Source: Hormiphora californensis (Eukaryota > Animalia > Ctenophora). Taken from it: a stretch of 64,000 nt of DNA. Positions 32,801-46,193 of this stretch are shown here, in pieces. Under the pieces are notes generated by a model. The model worked only from the letters and a program-made list of their open reading frames with translations. It had not been told where the DNA came from and did no database searches. A program made the position numbers and the translations under genes. The stretch spans positions 8,742,001 to 8,806,000 of the forward strand of contig CM035350.1 in NCBI GenBank assembly GCA_020137815.1. The letters are read 5' to 3'. Each line of letters opens with the position of its first letter. Within the stretch, counting starts at the first letter, position 1.

Positions 32801-35800
32801 CTGTAGCAAAAATATGAATTCGACTTGAGAGCTCAAATTGCATATTTGAGGTCTCCTTGGCATGGCCTACAACCCTACGGTGAGAGATTGCCCTGCACTC
32901 GACAAAAAATTTCGGTCGGTGTACCCTTAATTCTAACTCATCCTTCTCTTCCCCAGCTGATTAATTCTAACTCATCCTTCTCTTCCCCAGCTGATTAATT
33001 CTAACTCATCCTTCTCTTCCCCAGCTGATCAATTCTAACTCATCCTTCTCTTCCCCAGCTGATCAATTCTAACTCATCCTTCTCTTCCCCGGCTGATGAT
33101 AAATTTAACTCATCCTTCTCTTCCCCAGCTGATGATAAATTTAACTCATCCTTCTCTAGATTGGACCCGATGGAACTGTAACAGCCCCTCCCACCCCTGA
33201 TAACGGCCGTGTACCTGTGCCACAACACATCCGCCCCAATCTGACACCCACCCGGGTTGAAATCCTAACCTGGGGCCTCCGCAAACTCCTGGACTACAAG
33301 TTCCAGGCTGTCGATTCTCCTCATCTTGAGATCGAGATTGGTGGGGTTACCCTTTCTATCCACAAGATCAAGAGCGTGAAGAAACATTGTAACTTTGAGA
33401 ACCCCCACAACTACATTGATGTCATGTTACCCGAAGAGGAGCTGTATATGCCGCCCATCAACATCCGTGTTTTCGACAACAGGAACTTTGGGTTCACTCC
33501 CCTGATCGGGGTGTGTACTATCAAGGAGTACAGCAAGTATAGGACCTCCCTGGAGGCGCTCCAGGATTTAAAGGAACATCTAGAAAGTAAGTTAGGGGAC
33601 CACAGAGAGCACCATACTGGAGTTAGTTAGGAGGCCTAAGTGTAGGTTAGGTTTGTTGATAACCAGCTGGGGGTTTGAAGCGAAATGTTTGTTGATGATG
33701 AACCGTGGGGATTTGTAGTACACGTGTTTGGATCTAAACACGTGTTTTGATCTAACCTCTGTTCCTGCTAGAGATGAAAGAGAGGGGAAACGATCCGTTA
33801 GCTGCGGGGGACACTACCGAGAGTATAACAGAGAAGGAGGTATCTGATGGGGAGGACCGTTCCCTCATGTCACCCCTCGAGAAGGGAATGGATTTAAACG
33901 ATGTGGACATGGCCATGGTGGAGATCAAACCGGCGACAAAAGGGAAGCTCTATAAGGGGAAATCAGCATCTAGTAAGGAAATTATTAGGAATTTAGATAC
34001 TGCGACTGCATGGATGTCAACCTGTAATTTATTTTTTACAAGATGAACCACATGACAAGTTGCTTTATGAAACTGACAGAATGACAAAAGTAGGATGAGA
34101 ATATATTCTCATCCTACTTTTGTCATTCTGTCAGTTTCATAAAGCAACTTGTCATGTGGTTCATCTTGTAAAAAATAAATTGTTTCGGCAGTCATACGCC
34201 ATACGGGGAGGTTAGCCAATTTTGATGTCGTTAAATCGTTACATTTTGCACCAAAGTGTCAAAGTTTTCACAGCATATCTTATTCGTGAGTGTGAATGAT
34301 CACTGTTTTATGCTTGTTTTCAGCGAGAAATTTGATAGAGAATGATGAATTAGGCGATCTTTATGAAACAGGTGGGTGGCTGAACGTTCTCTGCATGCTA
34401 AGTCGTTACTTAAAAGTCATTATTCTAGCTTATTCTAGCTTATATTCTAGCTTAGTAGTAAAATATGTAACAACGAATATGTTCCGAACAGAAAATTCTC
34501 AGAATTTATTCGGTTAGAAAGCACATTTCCTGCTGCAGCTACCTACATATAATAATATCTGATCCTTTTATAATGCATTTTAAGCTGCATATACAGTCGG
34601 ACCCCGATTTAACGGCACCCTCGGGGGAAAGGGTTTTGTCCGTTAAATCGGGGTGTCCGTTAAATCGGGGTAGAGCATATTTGGCCCATAAAACCCTATT
34701 TTTGTCCAAAATGCTATACTGTACTAAAACACCTCTAATAATATAAGTGTTCTTCTTCTTCGAAGAAGAAGAAGAAGAATATAAGTGTTATATATGCAAT
34801 ATCCATGTATTGATGACACTTCTGATTAGAAATAGAAAATTATAAAATAAATTCTTCAAAAAAAGTTCTGAAAAATTTTCAAAGGTATACCAGCCACGTG
34901 CGATTTGCGTTTCGAATCGGTGCAGCTTACTGGATGTCCTGTCTAATTAGCGGTTTCAAAACGAACCGATACGTGATACCATGCCGAATCGGGGCACCCT
35001 AAGCGGGCGAGGAAGTATCAGAATTTTAAAATAACTTTTCTCTGAAAATTCATGGGGAGCATCGATCAAAGCATTGACAATCATTCTGTAAAAATTTGCA
35101 AAAAAGTTATGAAAAATTTTCAAAGGTATATCAACCACTTCCGAATCTTGTTCCGAATCGGTGCATGTTATCGCATGTGCTGCCGCTAATTAGACGGTTC
35201 GAAACGAACCGATACGTGATCCCCATCGAATCGCAATTTGGACGCTTGGCAAACTTGCAATTCAATGGGCCCCATGGGGATCACATATCTGTTCGTTCCG
35301 AACCGTCTAATTACCGGCAGGACATGCGATAAGATGAACTGATTCGAAACATGATTCGGACTTGGTTAAGAAAAAATTTCAAAAAAAAATTTCAAAAAAA
35401 AAATGTGGGGGAAATTTATCCTGCCGTTAAATCGGGGTGCCGCTAAATCGGGGGCCGTTAAATCGGGGTCCGACTGTACCACTAATGTGTGAGTCTAGAC
35501 CTAGAAATTCAGCAAGGGTGTGTCGAGTTGAGCAAAGAGCAGCTGCATGGTGAGCACACGTACTAACAGCGTGATGACGTGATGTGTAATTGTGAATGAA
35601 AGCTCAGCTACTAATTGGTGCACACATGTGAAGTGTTTGTGAATCACAATACATTTAGCTATCAGCATTCAGCTATCTAAGTTTCCCTTTCAGCACCCAA
35701 GGCGGCGGTGGACGCATCACCACTAGTGGTAGATGAGATAAAAACAGACCCAGAGGATGTCCTAGTGTCTGATTGGTGGAGCAAGTACCACGAGAGTCTA

Positions 35801-38800
35801 GGAATGGAACCTAAACTTCAACGGATCTTCAATCAACGGAAACTTCCTAAAATAAGGGTAACAATAATGGCATAATGCGAATCAAGAATAATGTCAAGTC
35901 ACCTCATTGGAGTCACCTCATTGTCCCTATTATAGAATATAACCCAGGAAACCCCAGAGCGTGCCGTCTAAAATGTAGAGAGCAAGACACAAAAAGATTT
36001 AGTTCAGCTAGACCCTATTGGCATGTGTTCTTACGAAGGGTCGAAGGATAAGTTCATCAGCGATATGAAAAACCCTTAGTGTCTTCGTCATATCTCACCA
36101 TGTGCAGCAGGTCTCACTTCTATTAATTAATTTCAGCTATACGAGCGGGAGCTGGAGGAATACTTTGATGGCTTCAACGATCTCATGGAATCCTACCCGA
36201 TCCAGAGACCAGACAATGAGATAAGTGAGGACGAAGGGGACAGTTCTAGCGACGAGGAAGGAGACGAGGAACAGAGGCACCGCGTTGGATTCTTTAAGGT
36301 TCTATAACAGCGCAGGGGATGATTAATTAGGGCCTTTATATTATATTGCAGTTATATTCTTCTTCTGTTCCCTCTATGACATACCATTCCGTCCACCTAG
36401 TACCCACCTGTCTCACTCACTCTCTCTCTATTCTAAGTAGGCGGTATTACCTCGCTGCGTCCTTCCCAGCTAGAATATAATTATCCCGCAGGGTTCTCTC
36501 AAGGTGTACCGTATAACAGAGGAGATGTATGAGGAGGGCAGAGAGGTGAAGGAACTACCTCAACTCCTCTTCTCCAATCTCCCAACCAATAACTCAGTAG
36601 AGGTGCTGGTCAGGGTTTATGTGGTCGCGGGTATTGGTCTCACAGCCCTGGACTTTGGGGGCACGGCGGACCCATACTTGGAGCTGAAGTGTGGGAAAAC
36701 ACAAATAAGTGACAAGTCTAACTACATAACTAAGGATCTGAATCCTGTTTTTGGACGGTAAGATGAACTATTTACTGTGCTGGGGAAGGGAGGCAGTTAG
36801 TGAGAGTAATTACTAATCAGTATGGCGGCACAGCAAATCGATAACATAATAGACATATTTCCCGTCAGAGCATTGGGCTGACCATATTCTCATTTCTATC
36901 AACGAGAACAGAGAGCGTTGACAGCGTGTTTCCCACAGGCTCTTTCAAATCAAGGCGAGGCTACCTCGGGACAGCCACTGTACAATTAAAGTGTACGACC
37001 ATGATCTGATAGGAGCGAATGATTTGATTGGCCAGACAACTATTGATCTAGAGGACAGGTTCCTGTCTTGGCGGAGAGCATCGTGTGGTCTATCACAACA
37101 ATTTATCAGGTAAACTATAGGTAGCATCGTGTGGTCTATCACAACAGTTTATCAGGTAAACTGCTAAATGCTTGTATAATGCAGGTAAAACAGGCAGCTG
37201 ATATAATGTGACAAGGTAACTAGGAGTACTTAGCAGCATTAATAACTTGTTAAGCACACACCGCATTTTATTTCTGTGAGGGTTCGATAGATCGGTTAAT
37301 GATTATGCTCATTATATCCGCCCATATAATGCAATGTGTCGATCGACAGGGCCAGAGTAGTTAAACACTGTCACTCTAAGAGATAATTAGTATAGAACAG
37401 TAGCACGTATGCTATGACAGGATAAGATAATCTGCTGTCAAGTGTCGCTCGACCTTCTCTAACCACTCGCCAAGGATGAAAACAAGTCGGCGTTATTAAA
37501 AATATAACCGATAACTGCTGCACAGGTCACGGGGTAACAAAGATAAGTGGAGAGATTATTTAAAGCCAGTTGACATTCTGAAGCGGACGTGTCTTCTAAA
37601 AGGCTGGGTGAAACCCTCTTTCCAGCGGTCTAGCTCAGGAAGTCTCAGCCTTATTGTCAATGGGGAAACGTTCACTCCTAGTAAGAATACTTTTACTATA
37701 TGTAATTCGTTAAATTTCACTCGCTTTATTTCTCATGCATCTTTTTTTCAAGCGAATCCATCAAAACCATTTAAATCTTCAATTTCTCGCAGAGAAGGGA
37801 GCCATGCAACTTAGTGCAGGAGCTACGATCACGGATTCTAAAACTGAGAAGCAGCAGTTAGCCCTACAAGCTCTCCATGAACTGGGTGCAGTGCCCGAGC
37901 ATGTTGAAACGAGGACTCTCTACAATGACGACTGCCCTGGAATACCCCAGGTAAATCAGCGTTGTGAGACTGTTGAGTAACTCATTACAGTTGACAATCA
38001 AGAGGTATAGATGACTAGAATCTAAACTATAATCTGTCAGGCCAATGCTCTCACGCTTATAGGCCAATGCTCTCGCGCTTATAGGCTGACTAGGACCTAA
38101 CACGTATAACTTGAGTTGATTAATTGACGAAACCAAAAAAATATTCAGACTACTAGAATAATATGGTTATGATCCTCAGAATATATGTCTTACTCTTAGG
38201 GGGCCATTGTTGTATAATATTTGATCTAGTAGATTGTTGTCTTTGTTGTCTTCATAATTACTCTAGATGGTAGTATAAGTAGACATGAATGATATTGCAT
38301 ATCAACCAGCTATTAGCATTGAATATGCGATTAATTCCGACCAGTAAACAGCTGTGCAGCAGTTCTAGGTCACAAGTGAAACGTTAAGAATAATGAAGAT
38401 AATATGGTGAAGGGGTTGTTATTAATGAAACGTCTGGGGCTGATTCAGTTCTCTACTTCTCATTAATAACAACACTGAAACACTTTTTAACTCTTCCAGG
38501 GAAAGTTGCACATGTGGGTGGATATATTCCCCTTCAGTGACCAGATACCACCTCCAATCTCAATCAGCCCCCGGGAACCACAGAGGTCAGTGTTTTACAT
38601 GTTATTATACTCTTCAATGAATGATACTGTAGTACTGTAGTAGCAGACAGCAGTTATAGTAGTAAGGTCGACTGAAAGCTCGAGCCTCTATTACTCGAAG
38701 GGATATGGGCCCTAATGGTCTTGGTGTCAGTAACAACAGGAAAACCATGTCAACTTTGTAGGTACACTTTACGATGCATTATTTACAACACAGCGGATGT

Positions 38801-40316
38801 GATACTTGAGGATACTAACATCATGGGAGAACAGATGTCCGACATTTATGTTAAAACGTTAGTGACATCCTTAAATTTAGTGCCCAAGTTCCAACTAATT
38901 TGCCAATACGTCATTCCTTGTTGAGTAAGGGGGAAGTCATTCCACAAAACTTCTCTATTACAATTCCTTTTTTAGATATCTGGAGGGCCGTAAGAAGGAA
39001 GCCCAGGAGACAGACGTGCATTTCCGATCACTTACGGGAGAGGGTAACTTCAACTGGCGTATGTGCTATGATATGGAAATGATAGTTCAAGAGAATAAGA
39101 TGGTCCAGAAGAAAAAGGTAACTATGTTGATCAGATCAGGTTCAGACTGGTATTTGATTTGCTCCGTTCTTACATCAAACTTCAATTTACAACATTTTGT
39201 CTGTACTAGGGATATAATATAGACTTGACAATCTTAACATATCTTCATAACTACAGGGAAAGTTCTGGCACATTGAGAAGACGGTGAAGAAAGTTGACCC
39301 CATGTTTTATATTGAAGTCTACGATAAAGATATTCTTAGTCGGGATGACCTGTTAGGTACGTGTACAATTGTCATGTCCTACCAAATAGGACTTGTGGGG
39401 TAAGGAGTTACTTGATATAAACCCTAGCATCCTAGGTCGTTAGTCGTCAGTCGTTACACGACAGCTGCCATACCCGTGCAAGGATATTATGTACTAATCA
39501 AATATCTGTTCCCAGGATCCACGGAGTTGGATTTGACAAGACTTCCAGCCCCAAGCAAGACCGCTAATGAGTGTACATTGGATGTGTACGAGAGAGACAA
39601 CTACTTTTCTCTGTTCGAGAGGAAGAAAATCTCCGGATTCTGGCCGGTGTACAGCGATGTCATGGGAACTAGAGAACTAACGGTGAGAACTACTTTAGTC
39701 ACAAAACAGAATCATTTTGAATCTGAATTTTTGAAAAGTCTTATTGTTTCACTGCCTATTTCAGGGAAAAGAGAATTACTGTTCACTACTAGTTACTACT
39801 ATTCACAGAAATACTTGTTACTCGTTAGTTTTTATTCAACAAAGAAATACGGGCGACTGATCATTTGGAGAAATCTGAAAACTCTATTTCATTGTTTCAG
39901 GGAAAAGTAGAGATGGAGTTGGAGATATTAACAGAGGAGGAGAGTGTGGGGCGGCCTGCTGGACTGGCACGAAACGAACCAAACACCAACCCTACATTAG
40001 TACCTCCCGAGTAAGAGAAATTGATAACATGAAGTCAGAAACACGTTAAAGACCTGTCAGGCCAATGCTCTGACCACAGTTCTCGAGTCAGGCCAATGCT
40101 CTGCCAGTTACAGATGCTAACCCATGCATTTATTTCAGGCGTCCAGACACGTCCTTTAATTGGTTTACCAACCCGTGGAAAGTGTTCAAGGTGCTGATTT
40201 GGAGGAGATACAAATGGCACATCCTAATTGGTACTATCCTCATTCTACTGATAATCTTTGCGGTTCTCATGTTCTACTCCGCTCCGGAAGCGATAAACAC
40301 CGCAATTTGGACCTAA
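23877..40316 (+). CDS. Ferlin B: apparently complete multi-exon type I ferlin (C2A through the last C2, FerI/FerA/FerB, DysF, TM)
   Basis: Spliced exons give C2A ([27 protein letters not shown]), C2B ([22 protein letters not shown]), FerI, the same conserved blocks as ferlin A, DWWSKY, and [27 protein letters not shown]. Stop at 40314-40316, AATAAA at about 40371. The first exon is uncertain. Confidence 0.95.
28210..28457 (+). CDS. Two symmetric phase-0 FerA-insert exons of ferlin B (28210-28308 and 28386-28457)
   Basis: 99 and 72 nt, AG/GT bounded and open: [15 protein letters not shown] and GDEAEP..TDKQF. Confidence 0.7.
30220..30321. mobile_element. hAT-like MITE
   Basis: TIR CAGGAACCGACCGAAA, with the 8-bp TSD CTTATCAT on both sides. 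Confidence 0.88.
30873..30968 (+). CDS. Candidate 96-nt symmetric cassette exon of ferlin B inside loop 3 of the post-DysF C2 domain
   Basis: TTTTCTACAG acceptor and GTGAGT donor. Open frame [32 protein letters not shown]. Confidence 0.7.
31282..31382. mobile_element. CAGTCGGACCCCG-family MITE
   Basis: AGTCAGACCCCGATTTA...TAAATCGGGGTCTGACTG|TA. Confidence 0.8.
31538..32926. mobile_element. Non-autonomous foldback element with TTAA TSD (Kolobok-like ends) and arms of about 600 bp
   Basis: TTAA|GGGTACACCGACCGAAA...TTTCGGTCGGTGTACCC|TTAA, with long near-identical inverted arms. Confidence 0.9.
32929..33159. repeat. 34-37 bp tandem array of branch-point/polypyrimidine/AG-like units ending at the real acceptor
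   Basis: About 6 units of AATTCTAACTCATCCTTCTCTTCCCCAGCTGAT, then ...CATCCTTCTCTAG before exon 33160. Confidence 0.9.
34026..34181. repeat. Perfect 156-bp spacerless palindrome
   Basis: Symmetric about 34103/34104 (GATGAGAATATATTCTCATC). Confidence 0.92.
34594..35476. mobile_element. Long (883 bp) member of the CAGTCGGACCCCG MITE family
   Basis: TA|CAGTCGGACCCCGATTTAACGG...CCGTTAAATCGGGGTCCGACTG|TA, with internal degenerate repeats. Confidence 0.88.
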
Positions 40317-41578
40317 ATTATTTTTTGTTACGTGAATTTCGCATGCTGACTTGTATAATTATAAAATTTTAATAAATATTATACCAAAGCCTTTTTCCAA
40401 AATATCATGATCTATTGACTATTGTTTATCGACAGTCCAGCGGAAAAGGCAAAAAATCCAGCTCACAGCTCCCTCGACCCTCGCTATATAATAGAGACTC
40501 TAATATCTTCAAACGGGGTCTACTAGTATCTTCAAACGGGGTTTCAGAATGCAAGTCGTAGACCATGATTGGTCACAGAGTGAACCTACAACGTGGTACA
40601 TTTTACAACACCGAAGTGTCGAACGCCGGAACCACGCCGGAAACACCTGCAGCGTCGTTAAAAAAGGGCGCCGTTACGATCTGGGTGTTTGGTGGCCTGT
40701 AGTAAGGCAGCGGATTACGGGGGCCCATACAGGTGCACGCTGCCAAAAAAGTTGATTCACTAAAACGGCTCTAACCGCCCAACCACTCAACCGTTTTGGT
40801 TAATTCAAAGTTTATCTGGTAGGAAATGTCAAGGCCTAACCCCAGCCCAAACCCTAACCCTACTTTAGCCCTAACCCGAAAAAACCGTTTGTCAGCACTC
40901 AGGCCTTAAAAAATCGGGTGGTGCACCGCCCGGATTTTTTACGACGTGACATGACGTAACGCGCTGAAATTAAGTGACGCGCAATTCCGCGACGCGCGCG
41001 TAGAACTTCGAAATTGCCTCTTCGGTGCATTTCCACTTTCGGTTCAATATCATACATTTGTACAGCAATATGAAGCAGACCAATCTTGTGCCTTCTGGCG
41101 GCGCCGACTGCTGAGCCGCTCAGTAGCCGAATCTCTGATTCTGAATCAAAACGTGGTCTGGCACTGGCAGTGGCGGCGCCAGACAGATTGGGACAGTGAC
41201 AAAATGAAAATCGAAATTTCTTTTTTTTGAAAATATATCACATGTGGTTTTCACGTTTGGAAAAAATATACAGTCGAATTTTGATGAAAAGAAAAAAAGC
41301 AAAATGAAATTGTGAGGTTCAAAAACGTCAATTTCAAGTTGAAATAAGGTATCCCGACCTATTTTCTAGCTTATATATAAGCCAAAAAAATGCCATTGAG
41401 ATTGACACGCCGTTCACGGCTAATGCAGTAACGGTAAACAACAAATATCATCGGGATAGTAAAAGTATCTGGAGATCATCACTCCATGTCTCATTGCATC
41501 TCATTGAAACAGCTTTATTAACTGAACAACTACTGTCTACTACCTTAGCTGTAGACATGAATACATTGTATATTGCAC

Positions 41579-41701
<123 letters not shown>

Positions 41702-41832
41702 CACTCTCTCAGTTTCTCTTTTAAGTCTCAGCTCTGAGTTTCGAACATCAAGCTCAAGTAAACACATTTCTAAACAACAATTTAAGTTTCTCTCGCATCT
41801 ACTGTCCATAATATATAATCCTCTCTCTGTCA

Positions 41833-43201
41833 TCAGTAGTAAATATTGTTGTTGGCGGAGCCAGGGGCGACGGATCCTGATCCTGCACCGGCAGCGCTGC
41901 TCTGCATCATACCATCTGACATGATGAACCCCGCAGATGTGGGTAACATGGCACACTCCACGTGGTAATTCCGCCCTGAATTGTTATCCCAGTACTGCGT
42001 TCCACCCTGTGTAGATACTAAACACAGCTCCACCCTGGCCCCCGGTGGTAGGGAGGGTGACAACTGTAACAGAAACTGGAACTGGTCCAGATCATGGGCC
42101 ACGGACCGGGAATAAGTGGCGGCAACCTCCCCAAATGATAACCAGTAGTCGGTAGTGTAGCGTACACTGACCGTTTTCTCAAAGGACAAGTTCTGAACGA
42201 GAACTTGTCCTGTTAGGGTGAATCCATCCAGGAGCACACTCTCCAAACCAATGTGGTTCATACGGACTGTCTCCAGGAAATTAATTTGTCGGATCGGCTG
42301 TGTAGGGAGAGAGAGGGAGGAGTTAGGATTATAGGGGATCTGGGATTTAGGACACATAAAATAAGAGTTTCATGTCTGGCCAGATGAGCAAGTTATCATT
42401 ACCTGTGAGAAATTGAGTTTCAGGCCCGGTTTGAGGATTACTGAGGGGGAGACGGCGGGCTGGAAGGATTTAAATCGGGGCGGCGGTTCCATCCAGTCGT
42501 CCTCTTTTGGTCGCACTACTTTCACCTGAAATAACGGGTTTGTTTGCTTTTCGGGGACAAGTGCAGGGTGGGTGGCCAATTAGTGACCACTAGCTCTGAT
42601 CAATCCAATTAAGCTAAAACAAATAGGCGGACACACAGTAAATCCTAGTGAAACACCAACCTGAGTGAGAGGGAGTCCCAGAGTGTCTGCAAAAGTGACA
42701 CCCTTCTTTGTACGGCTATCACACCTATTCAACAATCTCGGTCTGTAGGGTCCATCTGGGAATGCACGCTGCGAGGGAAGGCCCTTCTGGTCACGGGTAG
42801 TTGTGTGACTTGAGTTGTCCTGTTCAGGGGGGGGGGGTAAGTTGTACTGCAGTTTAGGTGGATGAATATGTTTTATCGCAACAGTGATTTTGCAAATCAC
42901 GCCGGAAAACCGAAAAGTTTAAACCTTTACACTGGACATGCGGTGGAGTGTTTAAAAGTAACACACGCCTGATTCAGAAGTGTAACAGGCGTCACTCCTT
43001 CTCTGTCACATATGTCAAATATATAATATGCTAGCCAACCCCACCACACTACTAACTAAACAGTTAACACTCCCCCTGTAACCACATAGACCAGACATAA
43101 ATATACCACGTTTGCTTTAGCCCAAAGAGAACTCTTACCTGACTGTAAAGGTCCAGAAAGAGGGATGGTAGGGGTGGTGAGGAGGATATTAGGACACTCA
43201 T
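41833..43201 (-). CDS. PPP1R3: Glycogen-targeting protein phosphatase 1 regulatory subunit (PPP1R3 family, CBM21 domain)
   Basis: Exons 43201-43139, 42846-42661, 42525-42403 and 42297-41833. RVxF-type KKGVTFADTLGLPL, LNFSQP, and CBM21 motifs GQVLVQNLSFEKTVSVRYTTDYW and YWDNNSGRNY. Confidence 0.92.
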
Positions 43202-45648
43202 GGGCTGCAAGGGAATAGTATAATATTAGTAAATGTTAAACGATTAGTAATGGGGGGTTAGTAAAGGTAATGGGGGTAATGGGCGGGGTAATGGGCGGTT
43301 AGTAAAGTCATGGGCTTCAAGGGGGTAATGGGGGGGTAGTAAAGTCATGGGATAATGGGGGGGGGGGGTAGTCATGGGCTGAGGTCATGGGCTGAGTCAG
43401 GAAGGGAATGCGTAATTGGTTAGGATTTAGGGTGGCTAAGCAATGATGAGTAATGGGTGTCTCAGTCGAATCATTCATTTTACTGCAGCTCAAAAATAAG
43501 ATACTTTTGTCTCTTTCAAGAGCTCAGAGCTGTATGGTAATGAAAGAACATTCTAGAACACGCTTCTTCTGTGTTCTATACATTAAAGAGAGCAATATCA
43601 TGTTCTTTTATTAGCATGTAAAGAATACATAGCGAGCAATATCATTTCCCTGCAATAATGAAAGGAACAGAGTGTATGGAGAGATACGAGGAAGGAGATA
43701 TGAATCAGATCACACCCCGGTTGAGCTCTGATCCTGATGACGAGTATCAGACTGGGCAAAGTGGGATATAATTTAATCAACTCTCAGTTAGGATCATATG
43801 CTATAAATCATTATGAATATCCAACATATATTAATATGTGATTATCTCACCGGATTGCAGTCTACGGAAAAATTAGAACTAAAGTAGGCTGCAAACTTTG
43901 TTAAGCAAGCTGCAAGGGCATATGCTGTGACCCAACTACTGCAGTCGACACAAACTGTAACCCATACACCCGTGAAAACCAACTAGAAAGAAGAAGAAAC
44001 TAACTAATAAGAGTTATTTATGGCCAAAGGAGAGGAAGGCCTCTTGATTCTGAACAAACTTTGAAAAAGTTGCGATCTCTTTCAATTGAAAAACAGGTCG
44101 CTTTACAAGCAGGAGAGAGCGGCAAAGAAAGAAATCACGCCGGTCAAAGGGCCCATTTCACGCTACCTGTATAAACATGTTCCAGTATCACTACCACTCC
44201 ACGCCGGTACCCGGTAATTGGTGTTCAATTTCAATCAGTGTGTGTTATAGGGGGAGATACATATCAAATAGGAGGTCTGCAGAGTAGGAAATATGTCAGA
44301 CAGCAGCTATCCCACGTGATAGTACGTGCTATAATACTCGTAGGTAATCAGTTAATTAGGCAGTCGGGTGACAGGGCAACTAATTTGGAAACGAAGTGGG
44401 TGGGTAGACCGAGAACAGTCTAGAGACCAAGCTACGAGATATAGCTTCATTGCATAAGGGGCCTGGGAGGTGTACAAGAAATGGAATCAAACAATTCAAA
44501 GCAATGTGATAAGTGAGAAGCAAAGTGCCAGATAAGAGCATGATAAATAGCCTATAAAGTTTCTTTTATTCTCTCTAGTCTCTCCCTCTCTCTCTCTCTC
44601 ACCTACATGCCAAGCCAGATAATGAACCATCACAAAGGTACGCGTCTTCTAGAACTATTGATTAACATTAAAATTCTAGAAGACACCTCCTCCCACCGGC
44701 CACCCCCCCCCCCCCCCCGCTCCTATTAATAGATTTATATTGTGGGATGCATGTGGTTGAGGAGTTAAAGTTGAAATGCGGTAGGAATCCAGTTACCTAA
44801 AAGTTTAAAACACTACATCGTCATATGAACCATATAGGTCCACTGCAGTTGCTGCGACAAGCCCTTATCTTATGATATAATTTGATAAAAATGCAGAAAC
44901 CAAATCCACGTACAACAAGAGACACACTTGGAGCAGTCCTTGGGCATCCAACCAGGCTGTGAGGACAACTAGCTAGCTACGGGTCGCGGGGGGGGGGGGG
45001 GGACAGCTACTAGCTACTGTGATTTGGTGAGAGGTTGTTGCTCTTGGCCGGGTAGTAAAAACATTGCGGTGAGTATGAGCATAAACAATACAGGTCTGCT
45101 GCATACTCTATAGGAAGCAGGTGCTGGACGTGATTTTACCTACAGATAACCGAGCTAGAGAGAGAAGAGTGGAGACTGTAGGAGATCTGATAATAAACAA
45201 GGTGGAGCAATAATATATGATAGGGAACTATGAAGCTGGGTGGAGCAATGGAAGTATGATATGATAAGGAAGATAAGTTCGTTGGAAGCCAGGGAGTTGC
45301 GAGCAATGTGATAAGTGAGAAGCAAAGTGGAAGATAAGGGCATGCATAAATAGCCTATAAAGTCTCTCTCTCTCTCTCTCCCTCTTTCTCTCTCTCCCCC
45401 TCTCTCTCGTCCCCTCTCAGCTGCTGCACAGTATGCCAGGTGATATGTGAATAATCACAGACCACAAATGGCGTACAACGTACCACACCTCACCATATGT
45501 GACATGTGCTGCTACCAAGATGGCTTCAATCACATCAGTACAATCTCGATCCTTCTAGAACCTTCTAGTATGTGCATCCAATCACATATTATGAGTCGTA
45601 TATAACCTAATGACCTAATAAGGGTACAATTACCTCTTTAGAGAGTTA

Positions 45649-46193
45649 GAGCCTCTCTAGACGAGACAAAATCTCGTATGAGGCTACTATAGGAGGCTCC
45701 TATAGTAGCCTCCTATAGTAGGTGGATACTCGTCTAGAGCTTCATTTCTACTCTAACAGCCTGTTAGAGTTTGAACCATTACAGCCTACTATAGGAGCCT
45801 CATACGAGGCTCGTCTAGAGATGATTTGGACCGTCGTATGAGGCTCCTATAGTAGCTTTTGCACGTGATCGTTGTCACGTGTGAACGAAATATGAAACGG
45901 GGACGTTGTGGAAGCCTTACATTCACACTTCACCCCCTGTTAACACGACCCATTATTTACCCAGGTATAATATTTCGTTCACACGTGACAACGATCACGT
46001 GTAATAGCTACTATAGGAGCCTCATACGACGGTCCAAATCATCTCTAGACGAGCCTCGTATGAGGCTCCTATAGGAGGCTCCTATAGTAGCCAGTTACTC
46101 GTTTAGAGTGGTCTTGCTACCTACTATAGGAGCCTCCTATAGGAGCCTACTATAGGAGCCTCATACGAGATTTTGTCTCGTCTAGAAAGGCTC
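45649..46193. mobile_element. PIF/Harbinger (Tourist-like) palindromic MITE with an inner palindromic insert at about 45859-46002
   Basis: TTA|GAGCCTCTCTAGACGAGACAAAATCTCGTATGAGGCT...AGCCTCATACGAGATTTTGTCTCGTCTAGAAAGGCTC|TTA. Confidence 0.8.

Noticed and set aside
35937-36110. Protein-like stretch in a ferlin B intron
   Set aside because: Two in-frame stops, and the downstream intron would be only 26 nt.
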